DNA of 64,000 nt from Candidatus Marinacidobacterales bacterium (GCA_965219415.1 CBDCNP010000002.1:2240001-2304000); one strand, 5' to 3'; positions 41,734-52,310 are shown, counted from the first letter of the stretch. Numbers and translations are program-made. The notes: generated by a model from the letters alone, not told the origin.

Positions 41734-42564
41734 TCAAGGTCTCAGGGCTTTCTCGAAGGCCATCGCAACGCGCCTCATGTTGTCCAGCCAGTCGCGCGCC
41801 AGGGGGTCGACCGTCTCGACACGCGCCCCTACTTCTTGCGCCACGACACGAGCGCTTTCCTTGGAGAATTGTGGTTGCACGAATATGACACTCGCCTTTT
41901 CCCGCTTCGCTTCCTCTATGTACGCGGCGAGCGCACCGGAGCCGGGCTTCTTTCCGCCTTCCTCCAAGCTCACCTGCTGGAGCCCGTACTCCCGTGTAAG
42001 GCGTCCCCAAGCGGCGTGGAACACGAAGACCTTTCGTCCCGAGTAGGGCTCCAACCGGGTGCGTATCTCGGAATCGAGCTCATCGATCTCGGACAGAAAA
42101 TCAGCCAGGTTTTCCTCCATCATTTCCCGAGCTGCCGGCAGAACCTCCCCGAGAGCGACCGCAATGCGTGCTGCTTCGGATCGCACGAGCTGGGGCGACA
42201 GCCAGACGTGGGGGTCGTAATCATCCGTCGCTGCACCATGAACGATCTCGAGGTTCGGGGTCTCGGAAAGGAGTTTGTCCACCCATGCAGCCTCGAACGC
42301 GAAATGCGGATGCCCCACTGCAACGTAGAGCCTTGCCCGCGCGAGTCGGGTCAGCTCGTCGATGCCTGGTTCGTAGGTAGATGGATTGGCTCCCGGAGGG
42401 ATCATAACCGCAATCGTGACTCGATCCCCGGCGATCTTCTCGACGAAGTAGGCCTGCGGTACTACCGATACCGCGACTGCCGGGAGATCCAGAGCTTCTG
42501 TTTCTCCCCGACACCCCGCAATCGCTACCAGGGCGAATAGCAGTCCCAATCGAACCAGGGTCAT
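41734..42564 (-). CDS. znuA: Zn/Mn ABC substrate-binding lipoprotein
   Basis: Lipobox IAGC; DPHVWLSP and FHAAWG motifs. Confidence 0.85.
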   Translation of the reverse strand: MTLVRLGLLFALVAIAGCRGETEALDLPAVAVSVVPQAYFVEKIAGDRVTIAVMIPPGANPSTYEPGIDELTRLARARLYVAVGHPHFAFEAAWVDKLLSETPNLEIVHGAATDDYDPHVWLSPQLVRSEAARIAVALGEVLPAAREMMEENLADFLSEIDELDSEIRTRLEPYSGRKVFVFHAAWGRLTREYGLQQVSLEEGGKKPGSGALAAYIEEAKREKASVIFVQPQFSKESARVVAQEVGARVETVDPLARDWLDNMRRVAMAFEKALRP

Positions 42565-42621
42565 GAGCCACTCTATCGAGGCGTCGAGCAGAAGGTCAAG
42601 CCGACGGGTTACAATCACATC

Positions 42622-44481
42622 ATGAAAACGGTTCCGCTTCCGGCGATTCTGCCTACCCCGAAACAGATTCGACCGCTGAAGGGAACATTTCCATTGAGCA
42701 ATGGACTGCCCATTGTGCTCGCCCCCCGCTCTTCCGATTCCGACTTCCGGGCCGCCCGAGCGCTCCAGAATCTGGCGCGCCAAGAAGCTGGCGTGACCCT
42801 ACCGATCGAGACCCACAGCCGCATGAAGGATCTGGGGCCGCGGATCGAGCTACGACGTCGGGGGGCACGGGGACAATCTTACCGGCTGGAAGTGCGAACC
42901 AAGCTCATCGAGGTCATGGCGGAAGGTCCCGCCGCGCTTCGCTATGCCGTCGAGACGCTGGGACAGCTCATCGAATCCCGAGGGCACATACCGGCCTGTC
43001 GAGTACAGGACGAGCCAGACCTCGCGCTCCGTGGCATCATGATCGATATCTCGCGCGGCAAGGTGCCGACCTTAGAGACCTTGCGGGACCTCGTCGACGT
43101 GTGTACCCGCCTCAAGCTCAACACCCTGATGCTCTACACCGAGCATACGTTTCGCTTCCGCCGTCACCCCGAGATCGGGCGCGATGCCTCACCGCTCGAC
43201 GCCGCCACCATCCGTGAGCTGGACGCTTACGCAGCCGAGAACCACGTGGAGCTCATACCGACGCTTCAGTCTCTCGGCCATATGCATCACATCTTGAGTA
43301 TCCCTCGCTACCGAGGCTTGGCGGAGTCCGATCGTCTTTGGTCTCTGTCACCCAACCAACCCGGCACGTACGAGCTGCTACGCGATCTGTACGCCGAGTA
43401 CCTGCCCAATTTTCGCTCCCGTCTCTTCAACGCCAATTGCGACGAGCCGGTCGATCTCGCCGACAACAAGTCCTACTGCGAGCATGTCGAGCGGGTGCGG
43501 GAGTTGGCCCTTTTGCAAGGAAAGCGAACCATGATTTGGGGCGACGTCCTGCAGAAGCACCCTAAGAGTATCGGCCAACTCGATCGCGACATGGTGTTGC
43601 TCGACTGGTGGTACGAAGCCAAACACGACTTCGATCGCGTTCGTACTTTCTCCGAGCACGGTGTCGACTTCCTGGTGTGCCCAGGAACTTCGAGCTGGAA
43701 CACCCTCTTCCCGAGATTGGCCAACAGCATCGCCAATATCTCTGGCTACGCCGCCGCCGGGAAGCGACACGGAGCCTGGGGACTCATCAACACCGACTGG
43801 GGCGATGGAGGACACTACAACCTCTTGGGGAACTCCTGGTTCGGATTTGCATGGGGAGCCCAGCAGGCGTGGTCAGGCGACGCGGCCAAGGGCGACTTCG
43901 ATCGCGCCTTCTCTCGCGTTCTCTTCGGGGATCGAAGCGGGAAGATCGCGCGCGCCTACCGAACGCTCGGCGCGCTCCACGGAACGGGATTCACCGTCTT
44001 CAACGCTTCGCCCATTCAATCGCTCTACTTCGATGACTTGGGACCAGCGAAGTTCACCGCCCAGGCGAAGGCACCAGCACTAGAAAAGACCGAGGCTAGC
44101 CTGAACAAGGTGCGGGGCTCCATCGAAGAGCTCGAGCGAACGTTCGTTCGCGAGAAATCGACTCACCAGGAGCTCCTTTTGGCAGCCGACGCGTCTCTGC
44201 TGGCGGTGCGAAAAGGGCTCGCCGGTCTGGAGTATCTCTCCTGGCGCCGGCAACCTTCTTCCCGGCGCGCCGGCGAGCGTCGGAAGCTTTCGCGGCGGCT
44301 CGCCCTCCTCGCCTCACAACAGGCCGAGCTTGGGAAGACGCTCTGGCAACTGTGGCGGGGAAGGAATCACCCCTCCAACTTCGAGATCACCAAGAAGAAG
44401 CTAGATACCTCGATTCGAAGTTTGCGCCGCGCAGCGCGCGAGCTCGAACAGAATCGCCCGCGAGGTCCAGGGCCGCGCTGA
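42622..44481 (+). CDS. GH20 beta-N-acetylhexosaminidase-like protein
   Basis: RGIMIDISR, QSLGH, NCDEP catalytic DE pair and TDWGDGGH. Confidence 0.85.
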   Translation: MKTVPLPAILPTPKQIRPLKGTFPLSNGLPIVLAPRSSDSDFRAARALQNLARQEAGVTLPIETHSRMKDLGPRIELRRRGARGQSYRLEVRTKLIEVMAEGPAALRYAVETLGQLIESRGHIPACRVQDEPDLALRGIMIDISRGKVPTLETLRDLVDVCTRLKLNTLMLYTEHTFRFRRHPEIGRDASPLDAATIRELDAYAAENHVELIPTLQSLGHMHHILSIPRYRGLAESDRLWSLSPNQPGTYELLRDLYAEYLPNFRSRLFNANCDEPVDLADNKSYCEHVERVRELALLQGKRTMIWGDVLQKHPKSIGQLDRDMVLLDWWYEAKHDFDRVRTFSEHGVDFLVCPGTSSWNTLFPRLANSIANISGYAAAGKRHGAWGLINTDWGDGGHYNLLGNSWFGFAWGAQQAWSGDAAKGDFDRAFSRVLFGDRSGKIARAYRTLGALHGTGFTVFNASPIQSLYFDDLGPAKFTAQAKAPALEKTEASLNKVRGSIEELERTFVREKSTHQELLLAADASLLAVRKGLAGLEYLSWRRQPSSRRAGERRKLSRRLALLASQQAELGKTLWQLWRGRNHPSNFEITKKKLDTSIRSLRRAARELEQNRPRGPGPR

Positions 44482-44607
44482 TTTTCCCGCCACTAATCCT
44501 TGGTGGATCCGCTGGTCCCCGGACGGTAAGCACCTCGCGTTCGCGAGCACCAAAGGCTCGCTAGGTCTCTGGGTCCTTGGAAACTATCGACTGCCCTGAT
44601 CCCAGGT

Positions 44608-45240
44608 CTAATCCAGCAGCACTGCCATCGCCCAGTCCAAATCCAGTGGCTCCCCATCCCAAGCGGGAAGACTTGTCCTGGAATCGATTTCCAGCCCTTC
44701 TTCGCGGTTGCGCCGCATGAGGCCGGCAACGGGCTCGCGTTCTAGTTGGGGTGGGCCTCCGGGATCTCTCTTCCATCCGGCCGATAGAAGACTGGTTCCT
44801 TATTGGGTGGAAATTCCACACGAAACCCGCCCTCATGGACGGCTCGATGATGATAACGACATACGAGTAGAAGGTTGGTGAGCTTGGTCTCCCCTCCGTT
44901 GGCCCAGTGTTCTATGTGGTGTGCATCGCAGTACTTGAGTCCACAGCCTGGGAAGCGGCAAATACGGTCTCGATGGGCAAGCGCTCGGCGGATGGCAGGG
45001 AGAACCGTGCGGGTTTTGCGGCCGACATCTAATACAGAACCATCCTCTGCATGGGTCACGACGACCTTGCTGGCATCGCAAGCGATTCGCCGAGACGTTT
45101 CCGCGGGAACGTCTTTGGGTACTTCGGTAACAGATTCCAGGGCTCGGAGCACGGCGGCCCCCAACCTCGGGCGTGAGCCAGCCCCGGATGACGAGCATCC
45201 CATCCTCGTCGGTGTAGGTCTGTAGGTATCGTCTTTGACG
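44608..45240 (-). pseudogene. DUF222-HNH endonuclease relic
   Basis: DEDGMLVIRG, RRIACDA, RDRICRFPGC, HHIEHWANGGET and CRYHH; out-of-frame tail WDGEPLDLDWA; 5' part missing. Confidence 0.8.
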
Positions 45241-45273
45241 CTGCGCGATCTTGTCAAGTAAAACTTTGTTTTT

Positions 45274-47142
45274 TTAGAAAGTATTGTCTTTGGAGCGCGG
45301 TTCTTCCTCTACCTTCTCTTCGGGCTCCTCTTCTTGCTCTGATTCCTTCGTTTCCTCTGCGACCGGGGCCTCCGACTCCTTCGGTTCCAACGGCGGCTCG
45401 GGCTCAGGCTTCTCGTAGTCCGAGGTATCGATGTCAGCGGCCCGGAGTTCCGGTTCGTCAGACTCCAATGCCGGCGCGGGCTCAGGCTTCTCGTAGTCTG
45501 AGGTTTCGATGTCAGCGGCCCGGAGTTCCGGTTCGTCAGACTCCAATGCCGGCGCGGGCTCAGACTTCTCGTAGTCTGAGGTTTCGATGTCGGTGGGTCG
45601 GAGCTCTGGCTCAGCGTCTTCTTGTGGCGCTGGCTGCGGCTCGGGCGTCGGCGCTTCCTCGGCTACCGGCTCCTCGTCGAGTGCCAAGGTTTCATCCGGG
45701 GACGTCGCTTTTTGGGGCGCACCGTCCTCCGTCAACGAGTCCAAAGCAGCAGCCGTGACCTCGGCCACCTCGGCGGCGGGTGTTTCCTCGGCCTGGACTG
45801 GGGCCTGGGCCTCCTCCGCACCCTCCGCTTGCTTCTCACGGACCTCGGGGCGTTGGTAGGGTTTGCGCTCGCGTGACTCGCGAGCTCGATCTCTCCAACC
45901 GCGACCGCGATCGCGAGGGCGATCGGGTCGCCGCTCAGGCCTCGGCTCCGGTGCGGGCGGCCGCTGTCCACGAGCCGAGCTTCGGAACGCAAGGTCATAG
46001 GCTGGCAGAAGCTTCTCCCATCCGAAATTTTCTTTGATGTAACGCTGTCCTTGGCGGCCCAATCCCTTAGCCAGGTTCTTGTCCTCGAACAACATCTCTA
46101 GGATCCCTTCAAACTCCTCGTAGTTCCGATAGTAGAGACCGGCGTTCGCTTTTCGGCAATGATCGACGAGAACCCTCGAGCCCCCATGAGCGACAACCGG
46201 GACTCCCACCGAGAAGGCTTCTAGAGCCACGATGGAAAGACTCTCGAGGCGGGATGGGATCATCACAGCCGTGGCACTGGCCATCGCGGCTAGTTTCTCG
46301 TCCTCTTGAAGAAACCCGAGGTAGCGAATGTCCCGAGAATTCGGGATCGACATATTCTTCTTGCCCATCAAAACGAGCTGCAGGTTGCCGATGTCGGGGT
46401 GTTCCTCTCTAAATGTCTTGAAGTACTTGATGAGCTCGCCACACCCTTTCCCTTCGTCGATTCTTCCCGCATAGAGGAGGAATCGGTTAGACACGCGTTG
46501 CTTTCTTTTGAACGTTTCGGTATCGGGCGTATCCAAAAGATCCATCCCCATGCCGATGGTCTCCCGCATCTTGCGATGAACGTCGAACCGTTCGAGCACG
46601 AAGAGCTCCTCGGCCTCGGTGTTGAAGATGAAGGAGTTCGCGCTCTCGAAGACCTCCTTGTAAATCCCGAGCTTGATGGGAGGCTCGTCGTGCGCCGTCG
46701 GCACCAGGACGCTCTTCTCGGGTGCTACCTGGATCCCGTGGTAAGTCGGGTAATAGAGATACGTAAAAAAGACGAGAAGGTCGTACTTCTTGTGCTCATT
46801 CTTCAGGTATTCGATGAGCTTCGGCGCGACCGGGCCCTGCATCTCGAGCCATTTGAGCTCGTCTTCGCGGGTATGTTCGTTCGCGTAGATCCAATCCGAA
46901 TACTTGTTGAACTCCTCGAGGTTACGCTCCTGTTCGACCGGGAACCGAAACACCTTGACTCCGCGTAGCTTTTCTTCGCTCTCCGGATACTCGTTCTTCC
47001 ATGTGACGTAGTCCCGAGTGGTGGTGGTCAGGACATCGATCTGGTGGCGGCGAGCCTGCCTTTCGGCGATTTGACGCGCCAGGGTCTCCGCTCCGCCCGG
47101 GATCTCCCGTCCGTAGCGCTGAATAACAAAGGCGAGCCTCAT
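45274..47142 (-). CDS. GT4 glycosyltransferase with a long low-complexity C-terminal tail
   Basis: QRYG..GGAE, VPTAHDE, GRIDEGKG and ESLSIVALEA; about 230 aa Arg-rich then Glu/Pro-rich tail. Confidence 0.88.
   Translation of the reverse strand: MRLAFVIQRYGREIPGGAETLARQIAERQARRHQIDVLTTTTRDYVTWKNEYPESEEKLRGVKVFRFPVEQERNLEEFNKYSDWIYANEHTREDELKWLEMQGPVAPKLIEYLKNEHKKYDLLVFFTYLYYPTYHGIQVAPEKSVLVPTAHDEPPIKLGIYKEVFESANSFIFNTEAEELFVLERFDVHRKMRETIGMGMDLLDTPDTETFKRKQRVSNRFLLYAGRIDEGKGCGELIKYFKTFREEHPDIGNLQLVLMGKKNMSIPNSRDIRYLGFLQEDEKLAAMASATAVMIPSRLESLSIVALEAFSVGVPVVAHGGSRVLVDHCRKANAGLYYRNYEEFEGILEMLFEDKNLAKGLGRQGQRYIKENFGWEKLLPAYDLAFRSSARGQRPPAPEPRPERRPDRPRDRGRGWRDRARESRERKPYQRPEVREKQAEGAEEAQAPVQAEETPAAEVAEVTAAALDSLTEDGAPQKATSPDETLALDEEPVAEEAPTPEPQPAPQEDAEPELRPTDIETSDYEKSEPAPALESDEPELRAADIETSDYEKPEPAPALESDEPELRAADIDTSDYEKPEPEPPLEPKESEAPVAEETKESEQEEEPEEKVEEEPRSKDNTF
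45401..45612 (-). repeat. 78-bp (26-aa) coding tandem repeat, about 2.7 copies
   Basis: Units start at 45401, 45479 and 45557; peptide EPELRAADIETSDYEKPEPAPALESD. Confidence 0.9.
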
Positions 47143-48224
47143 TGGGACACCTCCTGGATGTGACTGAATTGCCTAATGTAATTGATGAGCTCGGCCTCTA
47201 CTTGTTGGGGACGAAACCGCTCAAGACGTTGCCGTTGACCAGCTAACACGCTGTCTCGCAAGCTTTCATCGGTTGCTAGTAAATGGCCCATCTCGGCCAA
47301 CTCTTCGTACTTCTTTTGGCTAAACTGCACTCCTGATTCTCCTAACGTATCGGGTACCGCGCCGGCCTGATAGGCCATGACCGGTACCTCGAGTAACATC
47401 GATTCCACCAGCGGCACCGCAAACCCCTCGTGCTCGCTCATGCTTACAAAGACGTCTGCCATTCGATAACAGGCGAGCAAATCCTCCCAGGCGAGATGTC
47501 CGGTAAAGGTGAACTCGCTGGGCATCAGGCCCCAATAGTGAGCGAGCTCCTGTACCGACTGCTGGTAGCGTGCCATGCGACCGGCACGTCCGACTACAAT
47601 AAAACGAAAATCCTCCGATATGTACTTCTTGTAGAAAAACGCCATCCTCACTAGATCTTCGAAGCGTTTGTTGGGAAAGATGCGGCCAACGAAGAGAAAA
47701 TTCACCCGACGCCTGCTGAACATCTCCTCCAAGACCGAATTTGGCTCGGTTTGGTAGCGCTCGAAATCGAGCAAAATAGGCAGCACGCCGGTTCGCTCGA
47801 AACCTATCTCTTCGAGCTCCTCCCGGTTGTATTCCGAATCCCCGAGCGCGAGGTCGGTGACATCGGCGAGGGAACGAAGCTCCTCTCTCCCTTTTACGGC
47901 AATGCGCACCAGCTCGTGGTCGAGGCCGAGGAAGTAAGAAGCGGGCGTGATGTTGTGGTAGATGATCACTTTTTTCCCGGGGAAGTCCCGAAGCGCATCG
48001 GTAAGCGGAGACGGTAGCGCAAAGTGAAGGATGGCCACGTCGTCCGGCTCCGCCGATGGCCGATCCACAAATGGTAGGAACTCACCCCGCACTTCATCGT
48101 CCACTTCGAGCGCATACAGATCAGATGAAAAACCGGCTCCACGAAGCGCAGTGCGGATCCGTAGCGCCTCGTCACCGATGGCATCACCGAAGTGACCTCG
48201 CGGAAGCCACTGATCGACACGCAT
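47139..48224 (-). CDS. GT4 glycosyltransferase
   Basis: GDAIG, YHNITP, GRIFPNK and SEHEGFAVPLVE motifs. Confidence 0.9.
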   Translation of the reverse strand: MRVDQWLPRGHFGDAIGDEALRIRTALRGAGFSSDLYALEVDDEVRGEFLPFVDRPSAEPDDVAILHFALPSPLTDALRDFPGKKVIIYHNITPASYFLGLDHELVRIAVKGREELRSLADVTDLALGDSEYNREELEEIGFERTGVLPILLDFERYQTEPNSVLEEMFSRRRVNFLFVGRIFPNKRFEDLVRMAFFYKKYISEDFRFIVVGRAGRMARYQQSVQELAHYWGLMPSEFTFTGHLAWEDLLACYRMADVFVSMSEHEGFAVPLVESMLLEVPVMAYQAGAVPDTLGESGVQFSQKKYEELAEMGHLLATDESLRDSVLAGQRQRLERFRPQQVEAELINYIRQFSHIQEVSQ

Positions 48225-48225
48225 C

Positions 48226-49302
48226 TCAGGCCTCGACTCCATGGGATACTTGCTCGACGAAGCCGACCAGCAATCCTTCCTCGTCTCGAGCGTCCAAAGC
48301 CTCGATCACACCATCCTGGCTATCGACGACGCGCTGGCGCAAGTCGTCATCGTGAACGAGTTGATGGGCCATCTCGGCGATCTCTTCAAAGCGTTTATCC
48401 CGGATCAAAACCCCCGCCCCGTCCATCGTGTCCGGCACCGCTCCGGCGTCGAAGGCCATCACCGGGATGCCGAACCGAAACGCTTCTAATAGAGGAGCGC
48501 AAAAACCCTCGTGCTCGCTAAGGCTCAGAAAAATGTCGGCCACTTGGTAGTAGGCAGCAAGGTCGTTGGTATCGACGTGCCCGGTAAACACAACGTCTTC
48601 GAGCTCGAGTTGGTCCACCAGCCGCGAGAGAGCATCGAAGTAGCGTTCGAAGCCCCGATATTCGCCCACCAGGAGTAGGCGACTTCTGGGTTCCACGAAC
48701 TTCTGGTAGAAGTAGAAGACCTTGATGAGATCCTCGAACTTCTTGTTCGGTATCACCCGCCCTACGAAAAGGAAGTTGATCTTGTCATCGTCGAACATCC
48801 CGCGAACCACCGGACTGGGCGGGATGGCGAGCTGCGCTGGGTCCAACATGAGCGGGAGCACCCCGGTGGGATGAAAACCTATCGCATCGAGCTCCTGCCG
48901 GTTGAACTCCGAGACTCCGAGCGCCAGCTCGGTGCGTTCGGTAAACGCCGCCAGCTCGCGCCGGCCCTGGTAACACAAGCGGGCCAGCTTGGGCTGATAG
49001 GGGGCGAACCATCGTGCCGGTGTAATGTTGTGGTAGATGAGCATGATGCGGTCCGGTAGTTGATGCACGAAGGCAGACACCCCGGCACCAATCGAAAAAT
49101 GCAGAATGAGAACGTTGTCCGGGCTCGAGATCCGTTGGTAGTCCCAAAGCGGATGGCCCTTGTTCTTCATCGCCGAGTGTACCGACTCCGCGAAAATCTC
49201 CGATTCGTAACCACAGCTACGCAAGAGGTCTTGGATTCGAAGCGCCTCATTGCTGATGGCATCTCCGTAACTCAACGAAGCGACCATCTGGTGTACTTGC
49301 AT
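48226..49302 (-). CDS. GT4 glycosyltransferase
   Basis: YGDAIS, YHNITP and SEHEGFCAPLLE motifs. Confidence 0.9.
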   Translation of the reverse strand: MQVHQMVASLSYGDAISNEALRIQDLLRSCGYESEIFAESVHSAMKNKGHPLWDYQRISSPDNVLILHFSIGAGVSAFVHQLPDRIMLIYHNITPARWFAPYQPKLARLCYQGRRELAAFTERTELALGVSEFNRQELDAIGFHPTGVLPLMLDPAQLAIPPSPVVRGMFDDDKINFLFVGRVIPNKKFEDLIKVFYFYQKFVEPRSRLLLVGEYRGFERYFDALSRLVDQLELEDVVFTGHVDTNDLAAYYQVADIFLSLSEHEGFCAPLLEAFRFGIPVMAFDAGAVPDTMDGAGVLIRDKRFEEIAEMAHQLVHDDDLRQRVVDSQDGVIEALDARDEEGLLVGFVEQVSHGVEA

Positions 49303-49310
49303 CGTCTCGA

Positions 49311-50378
49311 TTAACCTCGGAGCGTCTGCTCCACGTAGCCCACCAAGAGCTCCTCGTCGTTGCGAGCCGCGACACCACCCAGGACCTCATGCTGTCGATC
49401 GACAACCCGAGCCCGGAGCTTCTCGTCGTGAACCAGCAGGTGGGCCATCTCGGCAATCTCCTCGAACCGCTTTTCTTGGATCAAAACTCCCGCGCCTCCG
49501 AGCGTCTCAGCCACCGCCCCGGCATCGAAGGCCATCACCGGGAGATCGAACTGAAACGCCTCCAACAAGGGAGCACAGAATCCTTCGTGCTCGCTCATGC
49601 TGAGGAAAACGTCGGCCACACCGTAGTAAGCGATGAGATCATCGGTGTCCACATGTCCGGTGAACAAGACGTCTTCTAGCAGCAGATCATCCACCAAACG
49701 AACGAGTGAGTCGAAATAGCGCTCGAACCCGTGGGACTCCCCCACCAGGAGTAGACGGCTATCCGGGTCGATGTACTTCTGATAGATGGAGAAAACCTTG
49801 ATCACGTCCTCGATGCGCTTATTCGGCAGCGTCCGCCCGACGAAAAGGAAATTCGTCTTGTCGTCGTCGAACATCTCGAGGACGACCGGATTCGGCGGCC
49901 CTTCCAATTGGTGACGATCGAGCATCAGAGGTAGCACCCCGGTGGGGTCAAATCCCATCGACTCGAGCTCGGAGCGGTTGAACTCAGAATCACCGACCGC
50001 CAATCGAATCCGCTTGTTGAAAGCGGCGAGCTCGCGACGGCCATGATGGCAAAGTCCCACGAGATGCGGATGGAACTCGGTGAACCAACTCGCCGGCGTA
50101 ATGTTGTGGTAGATCAACATGAGCGGATCGGGAAGGTGATACGCGTACGTCGAGACCCCCGCACCGATCGAGAAGTGAAGAATGAGGACGTTCTCCGGGC
50201 TCGAGATCTCTCGGTAGTCCCAGAGCTTATGAGCCAATCCCGACATTTCGGGGTGGACCGCCTCCGCGAAGATCTCCGAATCATAGCCGCGGCCCCGCAA
50301 TATGGATTGGATGCGCAGCGCCTCGTTCCCGATGGCGTCGCCATAGCTCAATGCCGACAGCATTTGATGAACCTTCAT
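49311..50378 (-). CDS. GT4 glycosyltransferase (close paralog of the downstream gene)
   Basis: MKVHQ, YGDAIG, YHNITP and SEHEGFCAPLLE motifs. Confidence 0.9.
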   Translation of the reverse strand: MKVHQMLSALSYGDAIGNEALRIQSILRGRGYDSEIFAEAVHPEMSGLAHKLWDYREISSPENVLILHFSIGAGVSTYAYHLPDPLMLIYHNITPASWFTEFHPHLVGLCHHGRRELAAFNKRIRLAVGDSEFNRSELESMGFDPTGVLPLMLDRHQLEGPPNPVVLEMFDDDKTNFLFVGRTLPNKRIEDVIKVFSIYQKYIDPDSRLLLVGESHGFERYFDSLVRLVDDLLLEDVLFTGHVDTDDLIAYYGVADVFLSMSEHEGFCAPLLEAFQFDLPVMAFDAGAVAETLGGAGVLIQEKRFEEIAEMAHLLVHDEKLRARVVDRQHEVLGGVAARNDEELLVGYVEQTLRG

Positions 50379-51586
50379 TTGCGATCTTCTTCGAGAAGCA
50401 TGCCGAGAAGCCGGTTGTATTTGCCTTCGATGACTTCCCACCGGTAGTGGTCATGAAAAAAACGCTGGCCGTTCGCACCCAGCCCTTGGCGAAGGTCACC
50501 CTCTTCCTCTAGCAACGCGACCGCCTCTCGGAACTCGTAGTAGCTGGTGTAATAGAGCCCGGCGTTCGACCGCCGGCACTGTCCTCGGAGAACATCGCAG
50601 AGCCCGTTCGCCAAGACCGGCTTCGCCTGTGACCAAGCCTCGAGTGTCACCATCGAGAGGCTTTCGAGCTCCGAGGGCATGATGAGAAACTCGGCCCCCG
50701 CCAGGGCCGACCACTTTTCATCCTCGGGAAGAAACCCGGCATAGTAGATATCCGGGTGCTCGAGTATCTCCATCGTCTTGCCGCCCACCAGAACCAACTT
50801 GAGCGAGGAGCCGGACTCCTCCTTGTACCGACGAAAGTAGTGGAAGAGCTGGCGGCATCCCTTGTTCTGATCGACCCGGCCGATGAATATGGCGTAGCGA
50901 TCACTCATGTTGTGGCGACTCCGAAACAGATCCGCCGTGGGTCGGTTCGGAACTTCCGATCCCACTCCTACCACATCGCCCTTCAGGTCACGACTCTCCG
51001 CCGTCGACCAGATCATTTCCCGCTCCTCGACGGAGTTGAACACGATGGCTCGGGGGCGATGAAAGAACGGCTTGAATATCTTGAGATTGACCACATCGTC
51101 CTTCTCCGCCGTGGGTACGAGAAGGGAACGATCTCCGAGAGCAGCCACGCCATGGTAGCTGTGGTAGTAGCGATAGCTGAAGAAGATGAAGTAGTCGTAC
51201 TCATCGCGATTCTTGCGCAGAAAGCGTAGCAACTTTGGAGAAAAGGGCCCCTGTTCTTCGAGCCACTGCAGCTCGTCCTTCTCACGATGCGGGGACCGGA
51301 AGATCTTTTGCGAGATGCGACCGAAGCGGTCGGTGTCTCGAGGCCGCTTCACCTTGAAGCGCCGCACCGGCACGCCGTTGACGATAGAAAGATCGTCCGG
51401 GAGCTCATTGCGCCAGGTGATGTAGTCTTTGGCGCACGACGTGATCACCTCGACGCGGTGGTGTTTGGCAAGATGCTCCGCCACCAACCGACAATGGTAC
51501 TCCGCGCCGCCGTTGACCTCCTCGCCGTAGCGCTGCACTACCAAGGCTAGGCGGAGCGAAGGCAAGGCGCTCGCAAAGCTAGTCAC
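50375..51586 (-). CDS. GT4 glycosyltransferase
   Basis: QRYGEEVNGGAE, VPTAE, GRVDQNKG and ESLSMVTLEA; start approximate. Confidence 0.88.
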   Translation of the reverse strand: MTSFASALPSLRLALVVQRYGEEVNGGAEYHCRLVAEHLAKHHRVEVITSCAKDYITWRNELPDDLSIVNGVPVRRFKVKRPRDTDRFGRISQKIFRSPHREKDELQWLEEQGPFSPKLLRFLRKNRDEYDYFIFFSYRYYHSYHGVAALGDRSLLVPTAEKDDVVNLKIFKPFFHRPRAIVFNSVEEREMIWSTAESRDLKGDVVGVGSEVPNRPTADLFRSRHNMSDRYAIFIGRVDQNKGCRQLFHYFRRYKEESGSSLKLVLVGGKTMEILEHPDIYYAGFLPEDEKWSALAGAEFLIMPSELESLSMVTLEAWSQAKPVLANGLCDVLRGQCRRSNAGLYYTSYYEFREAVALLEEEGDLRQGLGANGQRFFHDHYRWEVIEGKYNRLLGMLLEEDRK

Positions 51587-52232
51587 CGCTGGGTTTGCGC
51601 TCCGACGAAGTGGAACGCTTCTCGCCGTTTTCGCCCTTGCCCCCACGCCTTCGCCGCCAAGGCCTTCGTCCGCCACGCGAACGACGCCGAGAAGCATCTT
51701 GGCTATTCTCGTCCTTGGACGCCGTCAAGTCCTCGAGGACCTTCTCGCGACGGCCCTGGAACTCGACCTTGGCTCCGGTCGCCCGATTGCGCGCCTTGAG
51801 GTTGGTGAGCTCCAAGTTCATCTTCGTTAGCTCCGCGGCCATGCTGTGAAGCAGCTGAACGTAGTACCGGTTGAGATCGGCCTGCCGCGAGAGCGCGCTG
51901 ATGATGGGATTGGGGTTGAAAAACAATTTAAGGAGCGGGTTCAAGACGCTCCGTGCCATCCGGATCAGTCGTCCAGAGATTCCGCGCGACGACTGGTAGA
52001 TCGTCTCCGGGCCGAAGGTGTAGTTCCATTGCTCGTCGCGAGCACGGAAAGCGGCCACGAAATCGCTGTTGAACTGACTGGCGTCGAGGACGGAGTCGAG
52101 CTTCATCTCCGCGATCTCACGAACCTCGTCCTCGGTATAGAGACCCTTTCGTTTTTCTTCGATTCGGGAGCGGATGGTGGCCATGACGGCCTCGACATCG
52201 ATATCGCCACCCTTAATGCTGAAGGTAGACAT
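51579..52232 (-). CDS. hypothetical protein, coiled-coil with Arg/Gly-rich tail
   Basis: GGAGGA ribosome-binding site before ATG 52232; IDVEAVMATIRSRI, KLFFNPNP and RRRSRGGRRPWRRRRGG. Confidence 0.78.
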   Translation of the reverse strand: MSTFSIKGGDIDVEAVMATIRSRIEEKRKGLYTEDEVREIAEMKLDSVLDASQFNSDFVAAFRARDEQWNYTFGPETIYQSSRGISGRLIRMARSVLNPLLKLFFNPNPIISALSRQADLNRYYVQLLHSMAAELTKMNLELTNLKARNRATGAKVEFQGRREKVLEDLTASKDENSQDASRRRSRGGRRPWRRRRGGKGENGEKRSTSSERKPSGD

Positions 52233-52310
52233 ATTCCTCCTTGGCGAACCCAAGCGTATAGATCGATCGCTCGGTTGTTGTGGTTCTGGCTAGCCAGTTA
52301 GGAGGGAGTC

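Noticed and set aside
45401-45612. 78-bp repeats as a CRISPR array or mobile element
   Set aside because: They are contiguous in-frame coding repeats without spacers.
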